Origin: an uncultured Candidatus Saccharibacteria bacterium
Lineage (GTDB): Bacteria; Patescibacteriota; Minisyncoccia; 2-02-FULL-40-12; GWA2-44-9
Assembly (NCBI GenBank): GCA_964436165.1
Contig: CAYTBY010000004.1
Location: 1-58,796 of the forward strand
Direction: 5' to 3'
Length of the DNA: 58,796 bases
This document shows positions 20,150 through 30,373 of this stretch, piece by piece. Position 1 is the stretch's first letter, and each line of letters opens with the position of its first letter. A model generated the notes under the pieces. The model was not told the DNA's origin. It did no database searches and worked only from the letters and a program-made list of their open reading frames with translations. Position numbers and translations under genes: made by a program.

Positions 20150-20305
20150 TTACTGAAAGGAAATGATAGTACCCCATGGATTGCTTACCTCTCCTTTCAG
20201 AAGTTCACAGTCATTCTTTTTGTCATACCAGACAATGAGCTTGCCCTCATTGATGGCGTCCACTATCCACTGAGGAAGTGGCTTTACCCAACCTTTTAAA
20301 TGCAT
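20150..20305 (-). CDS. Small passenger protein inside the IS (51 aa)
   Basis: GGAGG RBS, TTGCAA-N17-TATAAT upstream, hairpin at 20119-20150 downstream. Confidence 0.6.
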   Translation of the reverse strand: MHLKGWVKPLPQWIVDAINEGKLIVWYDKKNDCELLKGEVSNPWGTIISFQ

Positions 20306-20618
20306 AACGCACCTCCACGATGTAATTATTATACCATATTTATTTAATATTTGCAAATTTTGCCAAAAGATTTAAGAGAAGAGAATACTTAAGAAAAGAA
20401 CCCGAAATGAAACGGACTTCTTGTTCTCCTCCCCTAAAGTAATTTACCCTCAATTTCTATGGGAAAAATGGTCATTACTTAAGATTAACGACAAATTGCC
20501 GAAAAAATAGCAATTTGTTATACCCTCTCTTTCAATCCGAAATCAGAAGGCTTGGTGGCATAGGTATATGGTGTGATAAGAAATGAGACGAGAATTAAGA
20601 AAAATATTTTTTTTCATG

Positions 20619-22094
20619 CTATTTTATTACCCTTCCTTGACCTAAAGGATTATATCCATTCTGGACTTCTTCCCCGTCAGGCCAGCTGTCGCCGTCGGTA
20701 TCGGGATTATTAGGATCTGTTCCATATATAGCCTCCACATCATCAGACAAGCCGTCATTATCTGAATCTTTCAGAATAGAATCTCTCACAATATCAGGCG
20801 CCTTAAATATATCCGACAAAATTTCCTCAAGCTCTATCGCCGAAGAGGGTGTTTCAATGTTTATCGGCTGATTAAAATTCTTAAATTCGGCCAAAATACT
20901 TAATTTACCCTGAAATTGTTGTTCTCCGTTTTGAGTTAAATTAACTACTATGGAATACTTATACGGCAACAGGTCCTTTTTGCCTATCCATATCTCTCCT
21001 CCCACAGACAGCCCCTCTAACATTTTGTTCCAATTTTCAATTTCTTCCTTCGTCAAAGATTTACTGCCGACAATCTCATTTATTTTTATTATCAATTGAG
21101 AAAGCCCCTCCTTGATGACCGAGAACTGATAATGATAGGTGCTAACGCCATTTATCTCTTCTCCTGATAATTTTTCAGTTATATCCAGGAATTTAATATC
21201 TTTAATTGCCTGCTTTATATCCTCTATTTGTTGCGAAGATAACTTATTTTTACTTTGTTCCCGTCCGGCTTCAACGGCACTTGCCTCGAATTGGCCTTTT
21301 ACTGAATTGTAATCAGCCTTGATCCATTTTCCGATAAAAGACGTGATATCAAAACCGTAGAAACCACCTGAAAAAACATCATTGATCTTGAAATATATTG
21401 TTCCGCCGGAGTTTAAGCTTTCTATATCAAGAAGGGTTCCGACACGAGGATCTTCAATTTTAAACTTCATCATGCCCTTCGGATCGCTAGTATCATTAAT
21501 GTCGGTAACGCCACTAAGACTTGTTTTGGCCTGGCCGAGGGGCAAATTGCCCATCTTTAGTTCTGAATCTACCTTGATGTCATACTCGAAGGATTTAACA
21601 TTAGTCATGCTCTCTATTGATCTTTGGATTACCCTCTCGGGAACTTGGAACGGTAATACGTCTAAGAAAGTATTTATTACCGGATCAAATACCGGCCCCA
21701 AATAGGGCTGAACATACTTGGCATATTGAGGGAAGTAATTCGCTAAAGCAAAATAGCCACCGATCACTATGGCGACTACAACCAAAAGGGCAATGATTAT
21801 TTTAAATATTTTGAATTTTGGAAATTGGAATTTATTTGGGTTTTGCCCGTGCTCCACCGTCGGCAGGACGGAGTCCGCCTCTGGCGAGACAAAGTCCGCC
21901 GGAGGCTTCGGCGAGGCGAGGGATTTGGGGCTTGGGATTTCTCCTTGGAAAGCTTCTTCAATCTCCTGAACCGAATACCCGGAACCCAAAAGAGCCTGCC
22001 GGATGGCGCTGTCATCAGCCCCGTCCTGCCGAGATTGTTTTATGTAATCGATTAGTTGCTTGCCCTGAGTTGTATCGAAGGGTTGATTTGGCAT
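20619..22094 (-). CDS. Membrane-anchored surface protein with C-terminal TSP3-like Ca-binding repeats
   Basis: Single TM, LppX/LolA-like beta-rich body (tentative), DSDNDGLSD and DTDGDSWPDG. Confidence 0.8.
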   Translation of the reverse strand: MPNQPFDTTQGKQLIDYIKQSRQDGADDSAIRQALLGSGYSVQEIEEAFQGEIPSPKSLASPKPPADFVSPEADSVLPTVEHGQNPNKFQFPKFKIFKIIIALLVVVAIVIGGYFALANYFPQYAKYVQPYLGPVFDPVINTFLDVLPFQVPERVIQRSIESMTNVKSFEYDIKVDSELKMGNLPLGQAKTSLSGVTDINDTSDPKGMMKFKIEDPRVGTLLDIESLNSGGTIYFKINDVFSGGFYGFDITSFIGKWIKADYNSVKGQFEASAVEAGREQSKNKLSSQQIEDIKQAIKDIKFLDITEKLSGEEINGVSTYHYQFSVIKEGLSQLIIKINEIVGSKSLTKEEIENWNKMLEGLSVGGEIWIGKKDLLPYKYSIVVNLTQNGEQQFQGKLSILAEFKNFNQPINIETPSSAIELEEILSDIFKAPDIVRDSILKDSDNDGLSDDVEAIYGTDPNNPDTDGDSWPDGEEVQNGYNPLGQGRVIK

Positions 22095-22429
22095 AGTGTT
22101 ATTATATCACTCCAGCACTAAAACTCCCATCAACAGATGGGAATTTTAGAAATACACAGCATGCTTTTAGGCTTTGGTCTCTAATGCAACAACTCTTCTT
22201 TCGAGACCCTTATGTTCTGAACTATTAGCTTTGTTATCCAGCTCCATTCTATTTCCGATAACTTCTACCTTGATATCGGCTACAGTCTCTGTCAGCAAAT
22301 CCACTTTGTTCTCCTAGAGAACAAACTAAGACTAATTTCTTATACGTCCCGGCGGTTATGATATATCATAACTAGTTTTCGGCTTGGCGAGTTTTTTGGG
22401 ATATATTGTTTTCACTCTTCGTTGGACAT

Positions 22430-23080
22430 TTAGCTGATTACCAAGGGGGATAATTTTTTTGCTTCGAAATTGAAAAATTCTTTTAATTCTTCAACGGTGA
22501 GGGGCTTTACCATTTTGGGCAAAGCCTCAATACTTCTGACCTTAGCGAAAGAACTGCCGATAGTAAGCGGGTCTAATTTTGTATTAAACTTAGCCAGCAC
22601 TCCCTCTTTCAATTTATCAAGCGGATATTTGTGAAGCAAAAAATATAGATCAGCAAAATCTTTGGGATCAAACCGATCGGTTATTGTAATAAGCTTATTT
22701 ACCGCCATATCAAGCTCGCTATCAACATTTACACCTTCAAAATTACTCACTTTCTCGAGTTGTTTAAAGGGGTATTTCGTAAATTCCACTTTCAATTCTT
22801 CATCGGCAACAAAATAAAAAAACTGGTTACGGTCATATAATTTAGAAAACCTAAACTTTTCTGTTCCGATGATTTTTCTTAAATCTTCGGCAATTTTATG
22901 AATAAAAAGGGGGTCGATATCGTCAAAACAAAAAAAATCCAGATCATCGGATATTCGATGGTGTAAATAATAACCGGCCAGAGCTGTTCCGCCAGTCAAG
23001 TAAAAATTATTCAGTTCGTTCTTTGAGAAAACAAAATCTATGACTTGTTTCTGCCATTCTTTTAGAATTTCTTGTTCCAT
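22430..23080 (-). CDS. AbiEii/AbiGii-family nucleotidyltransferase toxin
   Basis: LTGGTALAGYYLHHRISDDLDFF, NKL...R...KDFADLY. Confidence 0.9.
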   Translation of the reverse strand: MEQEILKEWQKQVIDFVFSKNELNNFYLTGGTALAGYYLHHRISDDLDFFCFDDIDPLFIHKIAEDLRKIIGTEKFRFSKLYDRNQFFYFVADEELKVEFTKYPFKQLEKVSNFEGVNVDSELDMAVNKLITITDRFDPKDFADLYFLLHKYPLDKLKEGVLAKFNTKLDPLTIGSSFAKVRSIEALPKMVKPLTVEELKEFFNFEAKKLSPLVIS

Positions 23081-23262
23081 ATTAATAGTTCCAAAAATGC
23101 CCGTTTTTCGTCAGGAATTTTTAATTCAGGCAGATATTTTTCAAGATTTTTCCTGTCAATTTTTTCGCCGTTTAGGCCATAGTTGATCTGTCTTTCTAAA
23201 TGCCATTTCGGGTCAGCTTTTGCCTGTTTTTGGTATTCGGTTGTATCATAATCCCATGTCAT
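23062..23262 (-). CDS. Small partner (putative antitoxin) of the AbiEii protein
   Basis: Overlaps toxin start; WDY...ERQINYG; paralogue at 57736. Confidence 0.8.
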   Translation of the reverse strand: MTWDYDTTEYQKQAKADPKWHLERQINYGLNGEKIDRKNLEKYLPELKIPDEKRAFLELLIWNKKF

Positions 23263-23304
23263 AAACGGATTATACCATAGATCTGGCTGAAATAAAAAAA
23301 TTAA

Positions 23305-23424
23305 TTAGCTGATTAATCCCGCTTGGCGGTCTTGCTCTGAGCCAGTTGAAGAGGATTGCTGGATATAATCCCGTAAAGTAGCTTCGCTACCACGGGACAG
23401 GTTTTGTAGGTCTTGGTTGGGTAT
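23305..23424 (-). pseudogene. Truncated 5' gene fragment of the 'NQDLQNYI' family with two palindromic inserts
   Basis: (ATA)PNQDLQN[LSRGSEATLRD]YIQQS[SSTGSEQD]RQAGLIS*. Confidence 0.65.
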
Positions 23425-23435
23425 TTGAAGAAGAA

Positions 23436-24443
23436 TTAATCTGTAAATTTAAAAGTAGCTACAACTTTATCAAAAGTTTCTATCCAACTGTCTGAATATT
23501 GATTAGTAATGGAAAAGCCCATAATTTCAAAGATTCTATCACCGGTTTTTAAATAATAGGTTTTAAAAGTCATTGGATCTCCGTCAGAAGCAGTTATAGC
23601 TCTTGAATAATGAACTAAAGCGGCCATACCACCAATTTGTGCGTCAATCCATTGATCAATATTGTGCTCATGCACCTGCACCCACGATTTCAAGTTCTGC
23701 TGAACATCGGCCCAAATCAAAATTCTTGCTCCACCCATTTTATCAGTAGATAGTTTATCGCCAAGTTCATATTGTCTTCGATCGACATAACCAAAATAAG
23801 CAACGACAGGAATAACCCCATCGCTGTAATCTACTGAATCATATGCAATAAGATTGTTAGGATATTCAAAAGAAAAATTATATCTTATATTTGTATATTT
23901 GTTCCAACCAGGAAATTGGCCCGAAGATGTGATAGTAGATAAGGCTGGCGGTGTCGGAATAGAAGTAGGAGTTACATCGACAGATGATTCTGTTGGTAAA
24001 TTCTGGCTAGGAGTTAGCGGAATTATAGAGTTAGACTCTCGGCTATTGATAGAAACAAGATTACTTAGCGTCATAATCGGAGATAAGATAAGCACCGTAA
24101 CCAAGGCCGTTCGTATCATATTAAACCTGAATTTTATATTTAACCAATAGACAACGAGATAGGCGAAGTAGCTGGCTAAAAAAGATATGACAAATAAAAT
24201 TAAGGCTAACAAAACCAGAGAGAAGCTGATAATTTCTGGATTATTAATTTTTACTAAAGGCAACGATAAAAATAAAGATAAAGAAAACCATGAAAGAAAA
24301 AAGTGGAAAATTAAAAAAAGAGATGATACAGAACAGGAAATTATAGTAGCGTCTCGCAAGGCTGACTTTTTTAAGCGAGACCATTCGGTAATATCCGTTC
24401 CCGCCTGTTTATTTATTTGGAATTTTAAATCGTCATTTTGCAT
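23436..24443 (-). CDS. Membrane protein with extracellular PsbP-like domain
   Basis: 3 TM segments, then WNKYTNIRYNFSFEYP ... FDKVVATFKF. Confidence 0.8.
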   Translation of the reverse strand: MQNDDLKFQINKQAGTDITEWSRLKKSALRDATIISCSVSSLFLIFHFFLSWFSLSLFLSLPLVKINNPEIISFSLVLLALILFVISFLASYFAYLVVYWLNIKFRFNMIRTALVTVLILSPIMTLSNLVSINSRESNSIIPLTPSQNLPTESSVDVTPTSIPTPPALSTITSSGQFPGWNKYTNIRYNFSFEYPNNLIAYDSVDYSDGVIPVVAYFGYVDRRQYELGDKLSTDKMGGARILIWADVQQNLKSWVQVHEHNIDQWIDAQIGGMAALVHYSRAITASDGDPMTFKTYYLKTGDRIFEIMGFSITNQYSDSWIETFDKVVATFKFTD

Positions 24444-24539
24444 TTTGGTCTTTGCATTTTTAATTTCTTCTTATATCACCCTAAAGAATAAGAATCTGCG
24501 ATGAGTGGTCATGATATATCATGACCGCAAAAATTAAAA

Positions 24540-25280
24540 TTATTTAAATACCGACTTCTTACTATATTTTGATTCAATTTTTTTAAAAATTTGGATAAAA
24601 CCATTCATCACTAAAATCGATACAAAAACGATTATAACTGGCATTAAAGGTCGCCACACTATTTGTTCCCATGAACATGGTTTAGGTCCAGTGTTAAATA
24701 AATCCAACCATTGGTTACAGTAGAGTCCGTACTCTCCATTCGGTGGATAAACATCAGATTCCCGCCAATTAGTACGAATAAAATCAATAAAGCTAAATAA
24801 ATAAACAACGACCAATACCAACCTGGTATTTTTTGAACTAGGCCACATGTGTTTACCCCACCCCTTACCTAGTAAATACGCCCCATAAAAAATTCCCCAA
24901 AAAATAAGAATATCTACAAAAAAAGGGGTCATAAAAAATCCGTCCAATGGATATAGCTTAGGATTCACAAGACAATCTAATACTTCGTCATTGGTATGGT
25001 CCGCCAAATTAACATTATTATTGCCTAGATCGCAGGGAGTAAAAATCAACTGAACGAGAATAGTTGCTATCTGAAAGATTATCGAGTAAATAAGTAATTT
25101 AAAGCCAGGATTATTAATTATTTTTTCTATGTAATCCTTAATTTTTAAATGATGGGGTAAGGCATCATCAATCTCCCCTTTTCCCCACTCTGCACCTAAA
25201 AGCTCCTGACGGATTTGGTCATCGGTTTTGCCCGCCTGACGGGATTTTTCAATATAGTTTTGTAGATCTTGGTTAGCCAT
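24540..25280 (-). CDS. Hypothetical membrane protein
   Basis: N-terminal MANQDLQNYIEKSRQAGKTDDQIRQELL motif plus 4 TM segments. Confidence 0.8.
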   Translation of the reverse strand: MANQDLQNYIEKSRQAGKTDDQIRQELLGAEWGKGEIDDALPHHLKIKDYIEKIINNPGFKLLIYSIIFQIATILVQLIFTPCDLGNNNVNLADHTNDEVLDCLVNPKLYPLDGFFMTPFFVDILIFWGIFYGAYLLGKGWGKHMWPSSKNTRLVLVVVYLFSFIDFIRTNWRESDVYPPNGEYGLYCNQWLDLFNTGPKPCSWEQIVWRPLMPVIIVFVSILVMNGFIQIFKKIESKYSKKSVFK

Positions 25281-25319
25281 AAAAATTAGAAAAGTTAGTT
25301 GTAATAATTTTGAATACAG

Positions 25320-27839
25320 CTAACTTTTCCCTGACAGCTTCTCCATCGGCGGAATATACCTCCTTAACAACAATGAATTCGTCACCACCGAGACCGAACT
25401 GAAGGCCATCGCGAATCCGGCGATTTCGGGACGGAGCGTAGCCTGTGAGAAGTTAAAGAATATCTGGCCGAACTGACCCCCTGACTGAGCAATACTCAAA
25501 ACCCATTCTGCCGGCACGCCAAGCGAGGCTTGAGTAAATATCAAATGGGCACCAGCCGCAATAGGAATCGCCACCACATTATATATAAAAGCCCAGAAAA
25601 GATTTTGCCAAACTTTTACGATCGTCCTGCCGGAAAGCTGAATCGCCGTTACAACATCGCGCAGATCATCTTTGACTAAAACAACTTCTCCGGTTTGAAC
25701 AGCAACATCGGTTCCTGAACCGACGGCAATACCAAGATTCGATTGGGCTAAGGCCGGCGAATCATTTATACCATCACCAACCATTGCCACAGTTCTCCCC
25801 TCTTCCTGTAATTTTTTAATGACCTCGACTTTCTGACTTGGCAAAACCTTTGCAAGTACCCTATCAATTCCGACCTCTCTGGCTATGGCTTCGGCGGTCT
25901 TGGCATTGTCACCCGTTATCATCACGATTTCTTTTTTCATTTTCTTGAGTGCTTGAATGGCTTCTTTAGCAAAAGGCTTCAAGGTGTCCGCCATAGCGAT
26001 TATAGCGACTGGTTTCCAACCTGCCCCGACACCATTCGGGTCGTCGGGGGCGCCATTCTGATTCATTGCCAAGAATACAACTGTCTTAGCTTCGTTCTGT
26101 AATTTCTCAAAAGTGCCTGAATGCTCCTCAACATTAATTCCTAAATTTTTCATAAAGCCGTCGTTACCCAAAGCCACAATAGAACCGGCAACATTGCCCT
26201 GCACCCCAAATCCGGCAACGGCTTTGAATTCCTTAACTTCCGGTAACTCGCCGATTTCGGCTTTGCCTTTTTCAATGACTGCCCTAGCCAGAGGATGTTC
26301 TGAACCAACCTCAACTGCTGCCGCGAGTTTAATGGCCTCCTTAACGTCAAATCCACCCAAAGGAACAAGATCGGTTACAACCGGCTTGCCGACAGTAAGA
26401 GTGCCGGTTTTATCAAAAGCAACGGCATTGATTCTGTATGCCTTCTCTAAGGCCTCACCACCCTTTAAAATTATCCCGAACTTAGCCGCTCTACCGATAC
26501 CGACAATAAGAGCCGTTGGCGTAGCAAGACCCATTGCACAAGGACAAGAGATCACAAGTACAGCAATCATTCTTATTAATCCCGCCCTGAACGGCAAAGC
26601 GGCAAAGAAATACCAGCCGACAAAAGTTAGAACTGACAGCACAACAACTGCCGGCACAAATGATTCGCTCACTTTATCAACTAGGTCTTGAATTGGCGCT
26701 TTGCGGGCTTGAGCTTCTTCAACCATCGCCACTATCTGATAAAGCAATGTCTCTTTGCCAACCTTAGTTGCCTTAAATTTGAATAATCCTTCCTGGTTAA
26801 CGGTGGCGCCTATTACCTGATCGCCAACGACTCGTTTAACTGGAAATGACTCACCGGTAACAACTTTTTCATCAATATGTGTTTCTCCTTCAACAACAGT
26901 TCCGTCAACAGGAATTTTTTCTCCAGGACGAACAACGATAATTTCTCCCTGAACTAATTGGTCAAGAGGAACGGTCACTTCTTTTCCATCGCGAATAACA
27001 TGAGCTTCTTTGGCTTCGAGTTTTAATAATTCCTTAATTGCTTCCGAAGCCCTGCCTTTAGCAACCGCTTCAAAATATCTGCCTAATAATATAAAGAATA
27101 ACAAAGCCGCCGAAGACTCCCAGAAAGGATGATCAATGTTGAAAAATAAGAATCCGATAGCGCTATACAAATATGCGGCTGTAGTCCCAAGAACAACTAA
27201 GACATCCATATTGGCTGAACCGACACGGACAGAAGTAAATGAGTTGCGGTAAAATGGCCAGGCAATAATGAATTGAATAGGAGTTGAAAGTACCCAGTAA
27301 ATATAGTTTAAATCTACCCTGAACGGCGGATTAAAAACATCGATAAAAGTACCTGCGAACCACTTCATCGGCTGAGCAACGAGCCAGAAAATATATCCCG
27401 TAATAAGCGAACCATAGGCCATAAACCCTGAGCCAGAAAGCTGGGGCTGTCTCTGGGCTATAAAATCAAATAGCTCATGGACGTGAGTCACATTGAACAT
27501 GTGAATCGCCATGTAATAAAAGATGATGGGAAAAGCCAGGATAAATGCCGCTCGAACCCGCCGCTTTGCCTCTTCGGTGGCAATTGCCTCTTTTTTCTCT
27601 TCTTCCTCGGCTGAAAAACCTTTTTCACCCGGCCGCATCAAATCATAACCCAGTTTGTTTATTAGCTCGTCTATCTTCTCCAATGTTATCTTGTTCTCAT
27701 CAAACTCAATAACGGTCTTTTCAGACCCATAACTTGTCTTTATAGACACCACGCCCGCCTGCTTGCCCACAAGTTTATCAATTAAAATTGAACAACTTGC
27801 GCAGTGCATTTTCTTAACTTTTAGAACTACTTTAGTCAT
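25320..27839 (-). CDS. copA: Cu(I)-translocating P1B-type ATPase
   Basis: MHCASC, TGES, CPC, DKTGT, SEHP, GDGIND, YN and MAFSS motifs. Confidence 0.93.
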   Translation of the reverse strand: MTKVVLKVKKMHCASCSILIDKLVGKQAGVVSIKTSYGSEKTVIEFDENKITLEKIDELINKLGYDLMRPGEKGFSAEEEEKKEAIATEEAKRRVRAAFILAFPIIFYYMAIHMFNVTHVHELFDFIAQRQPQLSGSGFMAYGSLITGYIFWLVAQPMKWFAGTFIDVFNPPFRVDLNYIYWVLSTPIQFIIAWPFYRNSFTSVRVGSANMDVLVVLGTTAAYLYSAIGFLFFNIDHPFWESSAALLFFILLGRYFEAVAKGRASEAIKELLKLEAKEAHVIRDGKEVTVPLDQLVQGEIIVVRPGEKIPVDGTVVEGETHIDEKVVTGESFPVKRVVGDQVIGATVNQEGLFKFKATKVGKETLLYQIVAMVEEAQARKAPIQDLVDKVSESFVPAVVVLSVLTFVGWYFFAALPFRAGLIRMIAVLVISCPCAMGLATPTALIVGIGRAAKFGIILKGGEALEKAYRINAVAFDKTGTLTVGKPVVTDLVPLGGFDVKEAIKLAAAVEVGSEHPLARAVIEKGKAEIGELPEVKEFKAVAGFGVQGNVAGSIVALGNDGFMKNLGINVEEHSGTFEKLQNEAKTVVFLAMNQNGAPDDPNGVGAGWKPVAIIAMADTLKPFAKEAIQALKKMKKEIVMITGDNAKTAEAIAREVGIDRVLAKVLPSQKVEVIKKLQEEGRTVAMVGDGINDSPALAQSNLGIAVGSGTDVAVQTGEVVLVKDDLRDVVTAIQLSGRTIVKVWQNLFWAFIYNVVAIPIAAGAHLIFTQASLGVPAEWVLSIAQSGGQFGQIFFNFSQATLRPEIAGFAMAFSSVSVVTNSLLLRRYIPPMEKLSGKS

Positions 27840-27872
27840 ATTTATAAAATTTAATTATTTGTCATGCGGTTC

Positions 27873-28021
27873 GGCAGATATGGATATCCTCTCGCTACCA
27901 TTCGAGCTCCCAGCGAGAGCTCTCATTGCGCTGCTCCCTCGCTCTGTCCCTCGCATATAGGCTCGGGACAACCCTGCCCGCTCGGTCGCAGATGCGCGCT
28001 CCGAGGACATCCATATCTGCC
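27873..28021. repeat. MITE-like structured element, related to 8531-8680
   Basis: 19-nt arms ggcagatatggatatcctc / gaggacatccatatctgcc. Confidence 0.7.
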
Positions 28022-28100
28022 TTACATTCACGATTTTTTAAATCACAATTTTCGAAAATAGCACGGAAAGTATTCATTTTTATATCGCCTTATGTACCTA

Positions 28101-28129
28101 TTGACATTTTAATTTTGATTTGATATACT
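28101..28129 (+). promoter_or_regulatory. Sigma70-type promoter TTGACA-N17-TATACT
   Basis: Near-consensus; points into an ORF-free structured segment. Confidence 0.75.
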
Positions 28130-28134
28130 GACTG

Positions 28135-28237
28135 CAGGCTGGTTTCTGCAGAGACCGTGCCGATAGGTGTCGTGACTCACGAGTCACGGCTGTCCGTAGG
28201 GTCAGTTACCGCAAGGTACCTGACCCTATTTCATTTT
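28135..28237 (+). ncRNA. Candidate small structured RNA (~100 nt)
   Basis: Hairpins cgtgactc-ac-gagtcacg and tagggtcag...ctgacccta followed by a T-rich tract. Confidence 0.45.
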
Positions 28238-28408
28238 ATGGGGTTGAACTTACACTTTCTTTCGGTGGTCGAACCCCCGGCCCTTTAAATGCCGAATGTT
28301 CTGCCCATAGTTCATATCCATCTTGTTTATCTTGGAACTGTGAATACATGTTCAGTATACTAATTTGATTAATTTAATCGGCATTCTAAAGAGCGGGGTC
28401 AGACAACA

Positions 28409-28867
28409 TTACTGTGCTCGTTCGCCTTTTGGCTCACTGCGCTCAGATGGTTGTCTGACTTTAATCACCCCTATCATGTCGAAATGGGTTCGTTTAACTC
28501 CGTCAACTTCTCCTTCTCCGCAGGGAACTGAACAGTAATACGGGAAATCGCCAACCTGGGTTACAACAAATTCAACATTTATCGTGGCATTGGCTGGCAT
28601 TCTTTGTGATACTCCGAATGCGTCAATGGCAATCCCATGGTCATATTCGTCCTCATTAATTATTTCGAGCTTGACTCTATCTCCTCTATCAACCTCGATA
28701 ACTTCCGGCGTCCACCGCCACTCGTCTTTATCAGCTGTTATTGTAAAATTCCTGACCACGCCCGTCTCAACCGGCCTGTCAGCTTCGGACAATAAAACAG
28801 TGCGGTAAAATATCCCGCCTCCGATGATTAAGATTGTGATACCGATTAGAATGAAGTACTTATTCAT
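28409..28867 (-). CDS. Membrane-anchored cupredoxin-domain protein
   Basis: HGIAI, YYCSVPCG...H.DM copper ligands. Confidence 0.88.
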   Translation of the reverse strand: MNKYFILIGITILIIGGGIFYRTVLLSEADRPVETGVVRNFTITADKDEWRWTPEVIEVDRGDRVKLEIINEDEYDHGIAIDAFGVSQRMPANATINVEFVVTQVGDFPYYCSVPCGEGEVDGVKRTHFDMIGVIKVRQPSERSEPKGERAQ

Positions 28868-28966
28868 ATCGTTCGCTATCGCTCACAATATAATGCGAAT
28901 CTACGAATCTATGCGAATGCCGCAAATATTTATTCGTAGTATTCGCATGTCATTCGTAGATTTACG

Positions 28967-30289
28967 TTACTTAGCTTTAGCTGTCACATCCTCTGGTTTA
29001 ACTTTTAAATAATTATTTACCCACCAGCTCAATCCGGCTATTAACAGTACGGATACTAAGAGCAACCCCCACCATTGAGACATCGGAAACGGGGCTTTTT
29101 CTTCTACCTGGATCCAAAATTCAGCAAGTATCGCTTCACCTGCCGGCAGTTCTGTCCCTTCCGGCCTGAATTGGGCAAATGCCTTATACAAACCGGCTTC
29201 GGGAAAAGTAACCGCGAAGGATATAACCTCATCAGCTCCTGGAGTCGTTTGATGTTCTTCGGTTGCCCCAGCTGGTTCATCTTCCACCCCGCCATGAGCC
29301 AAGGCGATATTTATCAATTTTGGCGCTTGCGAATGCTCGTGTCCAGCCGGATGAGTATGAATGAATTGCTTGAGGTCATCTTTTATCAAAACCAGGTGCA
29401 TCTGGGCGCCGAGGTAGTTCTCAACCGTCACTTCCTGACCAGTCAGGGTATGAATATCAAAAGAAAGTTCAACTTCTCGATTCTTAACTACCGTATCAGA
29501 TGATATCAAGGAAACTTGGTAATCCCCGGTAATAACATTCCTGGAGAAAGAAACCTTCTTGCCCTCCGAAGCCTCGGCGAAGGAGGGTTTTTCTTCTTTG
29601 GGACCCTGGCCATTAACATTAACTTCGGGATGGCCAAAAGTGTGGTCAGTACCGTCTTTCTTTATCGAAGACCATATTTTATAAAGCCCTGGTTTTTTAA
29701 AAGTATGCTCAACGCTGAAGATCGAAGGGTTGTCAGCTAAAAATTCGGGGTGAATATGGAAATACTCGTTCATATCCGAACGCAGACCAACAACATGCAT
29801 CAGTTTCGTATGCTCTATCTGAAGCTGGCTAGCTAACACCGGAACATTACCGGGTTTTGTGTTAACAAAAAAGTCTAGGTTCAAGGCGGTTCCAACATTG
29901 TAAGGCACAGGGCTTATGTTCAAATTTACTGCAAGCCCTTCCTTAACCTCATTTTCCTCATGGTAACGGTTTTCTCCATTGGCTTCGTGGCCAGCCCCTT
30001 CGTCTTCCTTCATCATGCCGGAAGATTCCATATGCCCGTTCTCATGCTCTTCTTCCATCATACCAGTAGCAACCGGTTTTGGGGTTGTACTATCATGGCC
30101 ATGAGGCTGGCTTTCATCAATCGGCATACCCGTCAGAGCATCATGGGGAATCATGGACTGATTCAAAAACATAGTCGGCAAATAATAAACAAAGGTGATT
30201 ATAAGCAAGAACGAAAAAACCACCAGCCACCAGAAGTGCCATTGCCTAAATTTATCTAATGCCGATTTTGGGAATTCGCTTTCGCTCAT
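28967..30289 (-). CDS. His-rich putative heavy-metal-binding membrane protein
   Basis: MHVV...YFHIHP and MHLV...FIHTHP repeated domains; terminal TM segments. Confidence 0.8.
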   Translation of the reverse strand: MSESEFPKSALDKFRQWHFWWLVVFSFLLIITFVYYLPTMFLNQSMIPHDALTGMPIDESQPHGHDSTTPKPVATGMMEEEHENGHMESSGMMKEDEGAGHEANGENRYHEENEVKEGLAVNLNISPVPYNVGTALNLDFFVNTKPGNVPVLASQLQIEHTKLMHVVGLRSDMNEYFHIHPEFLADNPSIFSVEHTFKKPGLYKIWSSIKKDGTDHTFGHPEVNVNGQGPKEEKPSFAEASEGKKVSFSRNVITGDYQVSLISSDTVVKNREVELSFDIHTLTGQEVTVENYLGAQMHLVLIKDDLKQFIHTHPAGHEHSQAPKLINIALAHGGVEDEPAGATEEHQTTPGADEVISFAVTFPEAGLYKAFAQFRPEGTELPAGEAILAEFWIQVEEKAPFPMSQWWGLLLVSVLLIAGLSWWVNNYLKVKPEDVTAKAK

Positions 30290-30373
30290 AATATAACGCG
30301 AATCTACAAATCTATACGAATGCTGCAAATATTTATTCGTGGTATTCGCATGTCATTCGTAGATTTGCGTTAC

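Larger units (their letters stand above)
18968..20420 (+). mobile_element. Insertion sequence (DDE; IS1/IS256-like, family uncertain), 1453 bp
   Basis: Imperfect TIRs gagaccgtttcaaattggg / cccgaaatgaaacggacttc; 8-bp direct repeat TTGTTCTC at 18960-18967 and 20421-20428. Confidence 0.85.

Noticed and set aside
22168-22316. Coiled-coil reading frame LENKVDLLTETVADIK...LETKA* on the minus strand
   Set aside because: No credible start; probably a gene remnant, too weak to annotate
28255-28300. tRNA-like GGTTCGA motif on the minus strand
   Set aside because: No cloverleaf can be formed
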